NCBI GenBank assembly: GCA_023231445.1
Contig: JALNVF010000002.1
Coordinates: forward strand, 481-64,480
Length of the DNA stretch: 64,000 bases
From: Treponema sp.
GTDB taxonomy: Bacteria; Spirochaetota; Spirochaetia; Treponematales; Treponemataceae
Direction of reading: 5' to 3'
This document shows, piece by piece, positions 46,596 through 57,032 of the stretch (position 1 is its first letter; each line of letters opens with the position of its first letter). The notes under the pieces were generated by a model, which worked only from the letters and a program-made list of their open reading frames with translations, ran no database searches and was not told the origin of the DNA. A program made the translations under genes and the position numbers.

Positions 46596-47881
46596 ATTTC
46601 AAACTGCCGCAGAATGAATTTTCACGAGAAACGGGGAAAAAGCTCAGCAGTATAAAAAAAAGTACAGCCTGTGCAGCCGGTATTGCAGCCGACTTTCTCA
46701 GGCTGTGTGCCGAAACTGTTTCAGATAAAATAGATTCGTTTCAGAGAAAGTATCTGCACAAGGGGGAACTCCGCGATCATGTTCTTGACAGATATCTGCT
46801 CCGCGAATTACTTTTGTATTTTGCAATATCGTTTCTCTTTTTCTTTATGGTTTTTTTTGTAAACCAGATTCTGCTGCTTGCGGAGAATATACTTAAAAAA
46901 AGGGTGCCGCTCTGGGATGTTATTAAACTGATTACATACTGTCTGCCCTTCATCATTGCGCAGTCAGCTCCGTTTGCAACGCTCGTTGGATTCCTTATGT
47001 GTCTGGGACGGCTGATGAGCGACAATGAGATAATAATCTTTCATGCTTCCGGCCTTGGGTACCGGATCCTGCTGCGTCCTGTTATTCTCCTTGGAATAGT
47101 CATTTCCATCGCTTCATTTTTTGTTAATGATTATCTGCTTCCTCTTGGTACAATACATTATAACAAACTGTACCGCTCGATTCTTGCATCGAATCCGACT
47201 GTGGAACTTGAGCCTCATTCGGTGAAGCGGCTTAATAATTCTACGCTTATAATCGGAAATGTTTCAGGCAGTGAAGTGTCGGATCTTGTTTTATTTGATA
47301 AAGGAAATGACAACCGTATCCGGATTATTACGGCGGGAAAATCAAAGCTGGTAAGCGCGAAGAAGGAGGGGGTTCTTATGCAGATGAGCATGACTGACAC
47401 GCTTGCGCTTTTTTTCGATGAAAAAAGATTCACCGATTATGATGTCCTTGATTCTGGAAAAGTTGTACTGAATATTTTTGATTCATCCTTTTTTAAGTCG
47501 GACACGACTGTCAGTCCGCGCGAAATGACATCGTATGATTTGGGACGGACTCTGCAGAAATTGAAAAAGGACAGTAATACGAACAAGCGTACGCTTAATT
47601 TGTATTCTCTTGAGTTTAATAAGAAATTTTCTCTTCCGTTCGGTTCTTTTTTCTTTGCAATTCTGGCTCTGCCTCTTGCTCTTTTGTTCGGAAAACGGAA
47701 CGGGCAGACGATCGGTATGATTCTGGGAATATTCATCTGCGTATTCTACTGGGCCATGATGATACTCGGACAGATTGCTGCAAGTCGTAACGGATTTAAT
47801 GCATTCTGGAGTATGTGGATACCGGATCTGGTAATAGGTGCGGCAGGCTGTCTGTTCTACATCAGATTGAGGCAGAAATGA
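46592..47881 (+). CDS. lptF: LptF/LptG-family permease
   Basis: LDRYLLREL, RLMSDNEIIIFHASG, periplasmic jelly-roll region, KKFSLPF...LPL, MWIPD. The F versus G assignment rests on gene order. Confidence 0.85.
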   Translation: MNFKLPQNEFSRETGKKLSSIKKSTACAAGIAADFLRLCAETVSDKIDSFQRKYLHKGELRDHVLDRYLLRELLLYFAISFLFFFMVFFVNQILLLAENILKKRVPLWDVIKLITYCLPFIIAQSAPFATLVGFLMCLGRLMSDNEIIIFHASGLGYRILLRPVILLGIVISIASFFVNDYLLPLGTIHYNKLYRSILASNPTVELEPHSVKRLNNSTLIIGNVSGSEVSDLVLFDKGNDNRIRIITAGKSKLVSAKKEGVLMQMSMTDTLALFFDEKRFTDYDVLDSGKVVLNIFDSSFFKSDTTVSPREMTSYDLGRTLQKLKKDSNTNKRTLNLYSLEFNKKFSLPFGSFFFAILALPLALLFGKRNGQTIGMILGIFICVFYWAMMILGQIAASRNGFNAFWSMWIPDLVIGAAGCLFYIRLRQK

Positions 47882-48954
47882 CACTTGTAAAATATCTGTA
47901 CAGAAGGTTTATGCCGGTTTTTGTAGGAGCGGTTGCTTTCTTTTCCCTTGTCCTTGTTCTTGTGGATCTTCTTATGAATTTATGGAAATACATTCAGAAT
48001 CAGGTACCGGCGACGCAGGTATTTATGCTTATGCTGTATTACGTTCCAAAGACAATATGGTATGCCGTTCCGCTGGGCATTCTTTTTGCAAGTTCGTTTA
48101 CACTCAGTAATTTTTATGCTGGCAACGAGCTTACTGCTGTGTTTGCGTCAGGTGTATCTCTTTTCAAATTTACATTGCCGCTGCTTGTTTTTTCATTCGT
48201 CATGAGTTTTGTTCTTTTTATCTTTGAAGACAACCTTGTTGTTAATACGTATGCAAAAAAAACCGAATTGCAGAGTCAGATGCTGAAAGAGAAAAAGTCT
48301 CTTAATAACGACAGAATAGTAGTTCTGGCCGAAGGTGGAAACGTCATCTATAAAGCTGACCTGTATGAGGATGCACAGAAACGTCTGTACAATGTGTATT
48401 TTATTTTCAGAGATGAACATCAGAACCTGCAGGCTGTAATACATGCAGATTCCGCAAAATGGGATACGGCGCAGAATATCTGGAAACTTCAGAATGCAAT
48501 GCAGTATACAAACAGAATCGGGACTATTGTGCTGGAAACTGTTTCTGCAGAATATACAGAACGTCTTGTTGAACCTGCAGAGACGTTCAGAAACAATACA
48601 ATTTCAGTTGAAGAAGTAACGGTCAAAGTGGCTAAAGAATATGTAGAGCATCTTATGAGAACAGGACTACCGTATAACGAATCGCTTTCGCTGTATTACA
48701 AGAAATTTGCCTTTCCGTTTGTTGTATTCATTGTGGTGTTTCTTTCCATTGGCCTTTCCGGACGGACTGCAAAGAACGTTATGCTCACAAGTCTTGCATT
48801 TTCAATAAGTGCCGCGGTTTTATTTTACGTTACGCAGATGGTGACAATGCTACTTGCTAAATTCGGCTATATTTCAGCATTTTCGGGAGCGTGGTTCCCG
48901 GTCATATTATTTACAGTAATAAGCGTAGGTTTACTGCGCGGTGCAAGGACGTAA
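47878..48954 (+). CDS. lptG: LptF/LptG-family permease
   Basis: YLYRRF, NELTAVFASGVS, KKFAFPF, GAWFP; ATGA overlap with the lptF stop. Confidence 0.85.
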   Translation: MTLVKYLYRRFMPVFVGAVAFFSLVLVLVDLLMNLWKYIQNQVPATQVFMLMLYYVPKTIWYAVPLGILFASSFTLSNFYAGNELTAVFASGVSLFKFTLPLLVFSFVMSFVLFIFEDNLVVNTYAKKTELQSQMLKEKKSLNNDRIVVLAEGGNVIYKADLYEDAQKRLYNVYFIFRDEHQNLQAVIHADSAKWDTAQNIWKLQNAMQYTNRIGTIVLETVSAEYTERLVEPAETFRNNTISVEEVTVKVAKEYVEHLMRTGLPYNESLSLYYKKFAFPFVVFIVVFLSIGLSGRTAKNVMLTSLAFSISAAVLFYVTQMVTMLLAKFGYISAFSGAWFPVILFTVISVGLLRGART

Positions 48955-48955
48955 T

Positions 48956-50098
48956 ATGCAGATATTCAGTGTGCAGCATAAAAGCGCAGAAAGTACGGGA
49001 ATACGGGCCCGTACAGGTTTACTTCAGCTTCCCCACGGAGTAGTGCATACGCCCGTATTCATGCCGGTCGGTACGAACGCAACGGTAAAAGCGGTTTCAA
49101 AAGAATCTCTTGAAGAAATAGGGTTTGAGATCATACTTGCGAATACGTATCATCTGTTTCTCCGTCCTGGCCCCGATTTGATAAAAGAGGCGGGCGGTCT
49201 GCACGGTTTTTCTCAGTGGAACAGAAATTTTCTGACAGATTCCGGCGGATTCCAGGTGTTTTCTCTTGCAAAACTGCGCAGAATTTCTATGGAAGGCGCT
49301 GAATTTCAGAGTCATATAGACGGTTCCCGTCATCTTTTTACACCCGAAAACGTTGTGCAGACTCAGGCGAAGTTCAACAGCGATATCCAGATGCAGCTTG
49401 ATGTTTGTACCGGCTGGGGGGTGGAACGGAAGGAAGCAGAGCGTGCACTTGTTGTTACGACAAGCTGGGCGGAACGTGCAAAAAATGAATGGCTTGTGCA
49501 GCAGGAAAACGGATACAAGGGAATGTTGTTCCCGATCGTGCAGGGTAATTTTTTTGAGGATCTGCGGAAAGAAAGCGCTCAGTTTGTATCTTCTCTTGAT
49601 ACTCCGGGAATTGCGATCGGAGGTCTTTCTGTGGGAGAACCTGCCGGCGAGTTTGCGCGGTTTCTGCAGTACACGATGCAGTATCTGCCGGAAGAAAAAC
49701 CTACATATGTTATGGGAATCGGAACGCCGGAATATATTCTTGAGGCAGTTGCTGACGGAGTGGACATGTTTGACTGTGTCCTTCCCACGCGCAATGCACG
49801 CAACGGATCATATTTTACGCGTGACGGAATGCTTTCAATCAAGCAGGAACGGTTCGAACATGATTTTACTCCCATAGACAGTGAATGTCACTGTAAAGTC
49901 TGCCGTACCTATTCCCGTGCATATCTCCGTCATCTGTATAAAGATCAGGAAATACTGAGTGCTATGCTTTCATCGTATCACAATCTGTATTTTCTGCATA
50001 ATATGCTCAGTGAGATCCGGAAGGCAATTGAAGAAGATGCATTTGTTCAGTACCGGAAGAATTTCCTTGCCCGTTTTGAGTCAGGAAATATCAGATAA
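48956..50098 (+). CDS. tgt: tRNA-guanine transglycosylase
   Basis: FMPVGT, ANTYHL, TDSGGFQ, LDVC, GGLSVGE, MGIG, DCVLPTR, Zn motif CHCKVC. Confidence 0.97.
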   Translation: MQIFSVQHKSAESTGIRARTGLLQLPHGVVHTPVFMPVGTNATVKAVSKESLEEIGFEIILANTYHLFLRPGPDLIKEAGGLHGFSQWNRNFLTDSGGFQVFSLAKLRRISMEGAEFQSHIDGSRHLFTPENVVQTQAKFNSDIQMQLDVCTGWGVERKEAERALVVTTSWAERAKNEWLVQQENGYKGMLFPIVQGNFFEDLRKESAQFVSSLDTPGIAIGGLSVGEPAGEFARFLQYTMQYLPEEKPTYVMGIGTPEYILEAVADGVDMFDCVLPTRNARNGSYFTRDGMLSIKQERFEHDFTPIDSECHCKVCRTYSRAYLRHLYKDQEILSAMLSSYHNLYFLHNMLSEIRKAIEEDAFVQYRKNFLARFESGNIR

Positions 50099-50123
50099 AA
50101 CAGTTCGTATACGGGAGAAATAT

Positions 50124-51680
50124 ATGAAAAGGGCAGTTCTGGCAGGTTTATGCATGATTGTATTTTGTTCCATGCTTGCGGCAGAAGATGTTACGGAAAG
50201 TACATCGGACGTCCCGGACCAGTCCGGAACTGCTGCTGTTCAGGAAAATACGCCGGATGATTCTGCTCCTGAGGAAAAGGCAGAAGCCGGAACAGCGGTT
50301 GTGCCTGCCGCAAAACGTCCGGCCGCACCGGATAAAGAGAAATGTGATCAGGCAGCGGCAAAAGACGACAGTCCTGACTCTGTTAAAGCGTATAAGGAAA
50401 CGCTGATGTACGGCATATCGCCGGAAATTGTTGAACTGCTTAAGAAGTTTATCGCGAACGATGATCCGCGCTTTGTTGACGAGGTATACGACCTGTTCCA
50501 TTCAACGAAATCGGCAGCGGTACGTGAAAAAATAATTGAATATTTTACGCATTTCAAAGATCCCTGTATAGAAGATTATGCGGTAAATATTCTCAACGAT
50601 CCGTATGATACGAATGCAGATACCGTTTCTCTTGTTTTTACGTATATTTCGGAAGTAAAATGTACTGCAGCGATTCCTGCGGTAATAACGCTTATTGATG
50701 CAGATAACGCGACTTTTTTTCAGGATGCGCTTACGACACTGGGGAATATAGGCGGTCCGCCTGAGGCTGTGTATCTTGCAGAATATATGGACCGGGATGA
50801 TCTGACTGTACCGCAGAAACAGGCACTTGCACAGGTGCTGGGAAAAATTCATGCGGTACAGACATGGAAAAAACTTGCCGCACTGGCGCAGAATAAGGAT
50901 GAGAATACATTTGTACGTATGTATGCGGCAGAATCTATCGGAGAAATGCAGAAGTCTGAATCTGTCCCGATTCTGATAAGCCTGTACGAGGAGAGAGATC
51001 CCAACCTCCGGCAGTACGTTATCAGGGGGCTTGCAAATTATCCCGGTAACAAAGATGCGGAAGCAGTTATCATTCAGGGTATAAAAGATGAATATTACAA
51101 GGTCCGGCTTGAATCAATCAGCGCTGTCGAAAAACTTTCGTTGAAAAATGCGGTCCCGTATCTTATTTACCGGACAAAGGCAGAAAGTGAAGAACAGGTT
51201 GTTAAGAATGCATGTTATCCGGTGATTGCGTTTCTTAATACAAGTGAGGGTAACGATTTTCTTGTCAGTCTGATTACCGATAAGAAAACTGCAGATGCGG
51301 TAAAAGGAAAAGCAGTCGATGCCCTGATAAAGGACAATAACGCAGGTGAAAAGGAAATACTGGAACTTGCCGGGGAGACGCTGAAAGACGACAGACGGAA
51401 ACAGCTGAGGTATACAATCGGTAAACAGCTTGCTGCATCCGGACGTCCTTCATATGCACAGATCTGCCGTGAGTATATTTTGTCAAAAGATGCGGCGACG
51501 GTAAGTCTGGGACTTGATATGTATAAAAAAGGAAGTTATTCTTCCGACTCCGATGCGGTAAAAAGTGTTGCGGAAGACAAAAGATCCGGCATCAACGGAA
51601 AAAAGGCGCGGAAGATTCTCGGAATTCCTGAAGAATCTCCTGCCTCTGATGTAAAAACTGCCGCTGCAGCGGCAGAATGA
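50124..51680 (+). CDS. Exported HEAT-repeat protein
   Basis: Signal peptide, low-complexity linker, then HEAT repeats (VRMYAAESIG, LRQYVIRGL, VRLESISAV). Start placed at ATG 50124. Confidence 0.85.
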   Translation: MKRAVLAGLCMIVFCSMLAAEDVTESTSDVPDQSGTAAVQENTPDDSAPEEKAEAGTAVVPAAKRPAAPDKEKCDQAAAKDDSPDSVKAYKETLMYGISPEIVELLKKFIANDDPRFVDEVYDLFHSTKSAAVREKIIEYFTHFKDPCIEDYAVNILNDPYDTNADTVSLVFTYISEVKCTAAIPAVITLIDADNATFFQDALTTLGNIGGPPEAVYLAEYMDRDDLTVPQKQALAQVLGKIHAVQTWKKLAALAQNKDENTFVRMYAAESIGEMQKSESVPILISLYEERDPNLRQYVIRGLANYPGNKDAEAVIIQGIKDEYYKVRLESISAVEKLSLKNAVPYLIYRTKAESEEQVVKNACYPVIAFLNTSEGNDFLVSLITDKKTADAVKGKAVDALIKDNNAGEKEILELAGETLKDDRRKQLRYTIGKQLAASGRPSYAQICREYILSKDAATVSLGLDMYKKGSYSSDSDAVKSVAEDKRSGINGKKARKILGIPEESPASDVKTAAAAAE

Positions 51681-51683
51681 TTT

Positions 51684-54260
51684 TCAATCGTACAGCGTAT
51701 TAAGAGATCTGTATAACTGATTTACCTTTTCCTTCTGTTCGGGAGTAAAGTCGGCATTTACATCATCGCTGAGTATTTCAAGTGAGGACAGACTTTCGTT
51801 CAGCGCCGTTACAAAACCGCGTGAAATTTTAAACCAGTATGTACCATTGCCGTCTGTGAAAAGACAGACGAAACCGTATTCTCTGCTTTTCTGTTTTGCG
51901 ACTGCTACCCGCAGAACCATATTCAGAGAATCTGCAAGTTTCGTCGTTGCCTCTTTGTCTGTCAGATTTATATTCAGTTTTCTGTCGAATTTTTTATCCG
52001 GTAACGGTTCAAGATTCAATGCCGCTGCAATTTTTACAATTTGTTCGATTTTCTCGCCTTCGAGCAGTGAAAAACCGTCCTGAAAAATGATTTTACCGTA
52101 GAGATTTGAAGAATCCTTTACCGGGGTTTCTTCCGTGTTTGACTGAAGCGCTGCTTTAAATTTCCCCCAGGGAAGAAAAACTGTTTTTTTACCCTTTATT
52201 TTTTTTACTTCAAAAAGCATCGTGCCGAATGCATATGCGTCTTCTTCCTTTGGTTTGTTTTCTTTTGAATTTTTTTCGTATTCAGCAGATTTCTTCTTCT
52301 TTGTTTCAGATTCGAAAGCTGCTGCCGTGTCCCGCGGAGAAATAACATGCTTTGAACGTTTATTCTCAAGTCTGTCCCGAAGTTCCGGATCAATCTGGTC
52401 AAGCAGTGTTTTCGTAAGAGGCGAGACGCTCATGGCGAACATACGGGATGTGCGTACGATTTCACCTGCTACGATATACAGAGGGTCCTGTCTGAACATA
52501 CTGCTCCCCGGATGGATGCAGATATGATCTGCGGTAAGGCTTCTGTAATTATCCCGGCCTTCTCTGACACACAGGAACTGAATCATACCGGATGCGATAC
52601 AGCACAGGTAGTTGTTCAGCGAACCGCCTCCGGTGACGGGAATCTGCATTTCATTGACAATCTGTGTCAGCTGTATATCAATGTTTTCGATTTCTGCCAT
52701 AACGCGTTCATCCAGATAACTGCTTTTACAGAATTTTTCTTTGTTTGATGCTCCTTCATATGAGCGGAATATGTGCAGGTACGATACAAAATCACCCTGT
52801 ACATCACGGAATGAGTGGTGAGCGCGGCGTGCAGCCATCTCATCTCCCGGGGGCAGCACGAACGGAGCGTTTGCGGACAGAAATGATGCAGCAATAAGAA
52901 CTTCTTCGAGTACGTCGGGGTACTGCATGATTGCCTCGACGATTATGCGGCTGATGCGCGGCTCAAGCGGGAAAACTACCATTAATTTTCCGACAGATGA
53001 AAGCGTGTGTTCCGGTGTAATAGCTTTGAGCATATTGAGTGTGTCTACGGCACCTGCGATTCCTTCCCGGCCCGGAGACGAAATAAAATCAAAATCATAG
53101 AAATTGGTAATCCCCAGTTCAGCCATCCGGAGAACTACTTCACTTAAGTCTGTGCGGTATATTTCTTCCGTTGTATACATCTGCCGGGTTTCATAATCTT
53201 TGCGCGGATACAGTCTGTAACACGTCCCCGGACAGGTTCGTCCTGCGCGGCCTTTCCGCTGGTTGCAGGATGCCTTTGAAATCGGAGTTTCATTAAGACT
53301 TGAAGTATATGCCTTCGGATTGTAAAAATTCAGTTTGGCAAGTCCTGTATCAATGACTGTTGTAATGTCACTTATGGTAACGGATGTCTCCGCTATGTTT
53401 GTGGAAATAACTATTTTCTTTTTACCGAACGGAGCCGGGTCGAATACCCGTTCCTGTTCTTCTTTCGGAAGTCTTCCGTAAAGCGGTATTGTATGGATTT
53501 TCCATGCAAAAGGTGCATGGTCAAGACGGTACAGACAGTCTTTGATGATTTTTTCGCCGGGAAGAAAAATAAGAATTCCGCCGTCTTCTTTGTTGTCCAG
53601 TACGCGTCCGACTGTTTCCTGTATTTTTACAAGCAGCGCATCGCAGGAAGCCGCACTCATGGTACTGGCAGAGATCGCCGGGGGATCATAAATCATTGCA
53701 ACAGGAAATGTGACGGTATCAATTGTTACAATAGGGCAGCCGTCAAAATAGGAGGAGAATGCTTCTGCATTCATTGTGGCGGACGAGATTATTACCTTGA
53801 AATCCTTTCGTTCTGCAAGGACCCGTTTTAGAAGTCCGAGTACGAAATCTATGTTAAGGCTGCGTTCATGCGCTTCGTCCACCATAATAACCGAATATTT
53901 AGACATCCACGGATCGAGCTTCATTTCCTGAAGAAGGATTCCGTCTGTCATTATTTTGATTCTTGTTGTTGTATCTGTTTTATCTTCAAAACGGAATTTA
54001 TATCCGACAAGACCCGGATATGTTGTGTGCAGCTGTTTTGAGATGAATTCGCTTACAGAGAGCGCTGCAATACGGCGGGGCTGCGTTACGGCAATGATAC
54101 CGCCTGCTCCGTATCCTGCTTCATACAGAATGACAGGAATCTGCGTCGTTTTTCCGGAGCCGGTCGGGCTTTGTACGACAATTACCTGATTTGAAGCGAG
54201 TGTGTCGAGTATGCGCTGTTTTTGTTCATATACAGGCAGTGAATGATAATCTATAGCCAT
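51684..54260 (-). CDS. hrpA: HrpA-like DEAH-box RNA helicase
   Basis: SPTGSGKTTQ, TQPRRIAA, MTDGILL, DEAHERS, SSAT, TNIAETSVTI, QRKGRAGR, HPGS. Confidence 0.93.
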   Translation of the reverse strand: MAIDYHSLPVYEQKQRILDTLASNQVIVVQSPTGSGKTTQIPVILYEAGYGAGGIIAVTQPRRIAALSVSEFISKQLHTTYPGLVGYKFRFEDKTDTTTRIKIMTDGILLQEMKLDPWMSKYSVIMVDEAHERSLNIDFVLGLLKRVLAERKDFKVIISSATMNAEAFSSYFDGCPIVTIDTVTFPVAMIYDPPAISASTMSAASCDALLVKIQETVGRVLDNKEDGGILIFLPGEKIIKDCLYRLDHAPFAWKIHTIPLYGRLPKEEQERVFDPAPFGKKKIVISTNIAETSVTISDITTVIDTGLAKLNFYNPKAYTSSLNETPISKASCNQRKGRAGRTCPGTCYRLYPRKDYETRQMYTTEEIYRTDLSEVVLRMAELGITNFYDFDFISSPGREGIAGAVDTLNMLKAITPEHTLSSVGKLMVVFPLEPRISRIIVEAIMQYPDVLEEVLIAASFLSANAPFVLPPGDEMAARRAHHSFRDVQGDFVSYLHIFRSYEGASNKEKFCKSSYLDERVMAEIENIDIQLTQIVNEMQIPVTGGGSLNNYLCCIASGMIQFLCVREGRDNYRSLTADHICIHPGSSMFRQDPLYIVAGEIVRTSRMFAMSVSPLTKTLLDQIDPELRDRLENKRSKHVISPRDTAAAFESETKKKKSAEYEKNSKENKPKEEDAYAFGTMLFEVKKIKGKKTVFLPWGKFKAALQSNTEETPVKDSSNLYGKIIFQDGFSLLEGEKIEQIVKIAAALNLEPLPDKKFDRKLNINLTDKEATTKLADSLNMVLRVAVAKQKSREYGFVCLFTDGNGTYWFKISRGFVTALNESLSSLEILSDDVNADFTPEQKEKVNQLYRSLNTLYD

Positions 54261-55459
54261 GTTTTTGTTTCCTTTGTTTTTTCCATAATTTTTTTTCGTT
54301 CCGAGATATACGATGACCAGTTAATGCGGCCGGCGTCTTTCAGATAATCTATAAAATCATCATTAAGAAATTTTATAACGAATTGAGATGCAGTATTTAT
54401 ATACGTTGTAATATAATAGGATTCCGTTTCCTCAAGTACTGCATGAGAGGAATCTCCTTTTTTTGTATAGGTCACTTTGTACAGCAGTCCGTCACCGGTA
54501 TATTCACGCTGTCCGTACGGAGCGTCTAACTTCGGATCTCTCCTCTGGCCGCTGATCGTATTTCCGTTTGCATACATTATTAATTTTGAGAAACCCCCTG
54601 TTCCTTCGATCCCTATAAGTTCACGTTCCTGAACGACGTGAGGATGATTTGCCCATACAATGTCAACACCACTGTTTATCAGTTCATAATAATATGTACG
54701 CTGAGAATCTGAAACTTCCCGGACGTATTCAGGTACTGCAGCATGAATTGAAAGAATTAAAAGGTCGCACTGATTTTGTTTTTTTATTTCCTGTAAATGC
54801 TTTTCGAATTCCCTGCGTGCTCTCTCGTTTGCAGGAACATAGTTCATATATTCTTTACAGTCATTTTTGTTAAGTATTTCAGTCACAGCACAGAACACAA
54901 TAGTCCACCGGTCTTTTTTGATAATGACGTAATCGACCGGTTCGTTTTTTTTATTGTGGAGCCCTGTAAAATAAACCGGTCTGCTGTTTCCGGCATACTT
55001 GTTTTCTGTTTCTTCTGCCCATTTTAAGGTGTGCATTATGCCTGCAAGGCTCTGGTCGTTTGCGTGATTATTGGTTAATGAAAATACATTAAACCCCGCC
55101 TGTATTGCTGCTTCCGGATATTCATGATGCATATTGAAAGCAGGGTAGGATGTGTACGGAATGTCATCGTCAACAGGAGATTCTATGTTGGCAAACGAAA
55201 AATCGGCGGATTGAATAACGGGAGCTGCATCATGCCAGATAACAGAATAGTCGTTGATTTTGAAATTTTGTACATGAGCCATAATGTCGCCGCCGAAAAG
55301 TAATGTTAATGTATCCGAAGGTGTTGTATTCGTAATCCCTTGTTGTTCCTGCGGCACAGTAACAACAGGGGATTCATATGAAGTTTTTTCAGGTACAGTC
55401 TTACAGGAAAACAGTAGGAGTAGAGCTGACGGAAATATTAGACTGTGCCTTAATTTCAT
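54251..55459 (-). CDS. CapA/PGA_cap metallophosphatase-fold lipoprotein
   Basis: Lipobox LFSC; GGDIMAH, ANIESP, TNNHAND, SIH, NHPHV. Confidence 0.85.
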   Translation of the reverse strand: MKLRHSLIFPSALLLLFSCKTVPEKTSYESPVVTVPQEQQGITNTTPSDTLTLLFGGDIMAHVQNFKINDYSVIWHDAAPVIQSADFSFANIESPVDDDIPYTSYPAFNMHHEYPEAAIQAGFNVFSLTNNHANDQSLAGIMHTLKWAEETENKYAGNSRPVYFTGLHNKKNEPVDYVIIKKDRWTIVFCAVTEILNKNDCKEYMNYVPANERARREFEKHLQEIKKQNQCDLLILSIHAAVPEYVREVSDSQRTYYYELINSGVDIVWANHPHVVQERELIGIEGTGGFSKLIMYANGNTISGQRRDPKLDAPYGQREYTGDGLLYKVTYTKKGDSSHAVLEETESYYITTYINTASQFVIKFLNDDFIDYLKDAGRINWSSYISERKKIMEKTKETKTWL

Positions 55460-55462
55460 TTA

Positions 55463-56533
55463 TTATTCCGCGCTTCCTGCCTGAACGAGTGTGATGGCTG
55501 ACGTAACAACAATATCGTCTACAGAACAGCCGCGCGACAAATCGCTGATCGGTTTTGAGAATCCCTGAAGGACCGGACCGTACGCGTCTGCATGAGCGAG
55601 CCGCTGGACAAGTTTATACCCGATGTTTCCCGCACCAAGGTTCGGGAATATAATCGTATTGACTTTTCCGCGGACCGGAGAACCGGGAGCTTTTTTATCT
55701 GTAACGGCCGGTATAAGAGCCGCATCTGCCTGCATTTCTCCATCGAGAAGCATGTCGGGCGCCTTTTCATGGGCTTTCTCCACAGCTTCCTGCACAAGCA
55801 GTACAGGAGGAAGTTTTCCGCCTGAACCTTTTGTTGAAAATGAAAGCATGGCAGCGCACGGTTCACATCCAAGAAGTGCCTTACAGGATTTTCCCGCTGC
55901 AACGGCAATATCGGAAAGCTGATCGCTGTCCGGTTCCGGAACAACAGCACAATCGGAAAAAATCATGAGGCCTTTATATCCCCACGAAGAGTCATGTGTA
56001 TCCATGACAAAACATGAAGAGGCTGTTTTACTTTCTGTTCCGATAATTTTCAGGCCTGCACGGAGGAGGTCTGCAGTAGCAGAGAGTGCTCCGCTTACCA
56101 TAGCATCTGCATAACCCTTCCGTACCATCATGGCACCGAAACTGAGCGGATCTTTCAACAGATATTTTTTACCCGCCTCTGTATCAGGCACTTCGGGCAT
56201 GTTTGTTTTCTTGTTGATTTTTCCCTGACGGAGTTCAAAATAAGTTTTTCCGAAATCATCGAGCCACGGAGAATCAGCAGGGTTAATAATTTCGATTCCT
56301 TTAAGATTTACATCGAAAGATTTTGCAACTTTTTCGACTTCGGAAGGAATACCGAGGAGTATGACTTTTTTTGCAATGCCTTTTGCTGCGATTTTTGCAG
56401 CAGCCTGTACCGTACGTTCTTCGGTTCCTTCCGGAAGAACGAGAGATTTCTGATATTCCTTAGCTTTTTTCAGCATTTCGCCAACAAAGTCCATTGTTTC
56501 TTTTTCTGCAGTTGTTTCATTCATGACAGCCAT
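55463..56533 (-). CDS. pta: Phosphate acetyltransferase
   Basis: VLPEG.EER, MVSGA, FSDCAV, MLSFSTKGS, DGEMQADAA, FPNL.AGNIGYK, DLSRGCS. Confidence 0.96.
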   Translation of the reverse strand: MAVMNETTAEKETMDFVGEMLKKAKEYQKSLVLPEGTEERTVQAAAKIAAKGIAKKVILLGIPSEVEKVAKSFDVNLKGIEIINPADSPWLDDFGKTYFELRQGKINKKTNMPEVPDTEAGKKYLLKDPLSFGAMMVRKGYADAMVSGALSATADLLRAGLKIIGTESKTASSCFVMDTHDSSWGYKGLMIFSDCAVVPEPDSDQLSDIAVAAGKSCKALLGCEPCAAMLSFSTKGSGGKLPPVLLVQEAVEKAHEKAPDMLLDGEMQADAALIPAVTDKKAPGSPVRGKVNTIIFPNLGAGNIGYKLVQRLAHADAYGPVLQGFSKPISDLSRGCSVDDIVVTSAITLVQAGSAE

Positions 56534-56588
56534 GATATTTCCTCGATTTTCCGAAAATTTCGTTCTGCTAAAATGCAGAATGCAATCT

Positions 56589-56617
56589 ATTATAAACCGT
56601 CAATAATAAAAACTCAA
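56589..56617 (-). promoter_or_regulatory. sigma70 promoter for pta
   Basis: TTGAGT(56617-56612)-N17-TATAAT(56594-56589) on the minus strand. Confidence 0.7.
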
Positions 56618-56636
56618 GGTTGATTCTTCCTATATA

Positions 56637-56665
56637 TTGACGATACAGCTCATTCCCGTTAAAGT
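56637..56665 (+). promoter_or_regulatory. sigma70 promoter for the bactofilin operon
   Basis: TTGACG(56637-56642)-N17-TAAAGT(56660-56665). Confidence 0.6.
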
Positions 56666-56671
56666 AGAACT

Positions 56672-57031
56672 ATGTTTGACGTAAAAGATACAGATCTTTT
56701 TGACTTGGAAGAAGAATCATTCGATACCGTTATAGAGCCGGATATTATCTTTTCCGGGAATATCAGATTTGCAAAGCCGTTTATGATCCGCGGGAAAATA
56801 AAGGGAAAAATAGAGGCTACAAGTGATCTTGTCGTAGACAGCAGCGCTGTGGTTGAAGCGGATATCAAGGCCGATCGTGTACTTATAAAGGGAATAGTTA
56901 AAGGAAATATTACCGCAAAAAAAATGGTATTTGTAACGGCAACCGGTTCTCTTGAAGGAGATATAACATCCGAACAGGTAGTACTTGAACCCGGAAGTGC
57001 TTTTTCGGGCAGGTGCACAATGGTAAAGTAA
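56672..57031 (+). CDS. Bactofilin (polymer-forming cytoskeletal protein)
   Basis: Beta-helix repeats IFSGNI, IRGKIKGKI, VEADIKA, IKGIVKGNITA, LEGDITS, LEPGSAFSGRC. Confidence 0.92.
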   Translation: MFDVKDTDLFDLEEESFDTVIEPDIIFSGNIRFAKPFMIRGKIKGKIEATSDLVVDSSAVVEADIKADRVLIKGIVKGNITAKKMVFVTATGSLEGDITSEQVVLEPGSAFSGRCTMVK

Positions 57032-57032
57032 T

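Noticed and set aside
48956-50098. Possible queuine-salvage TGT variant
   Set aside because: It keeps the preQ1-type determinants (DVC Cys, GGLSVGE Val), so it looks like an ordinary bacterial TGT.
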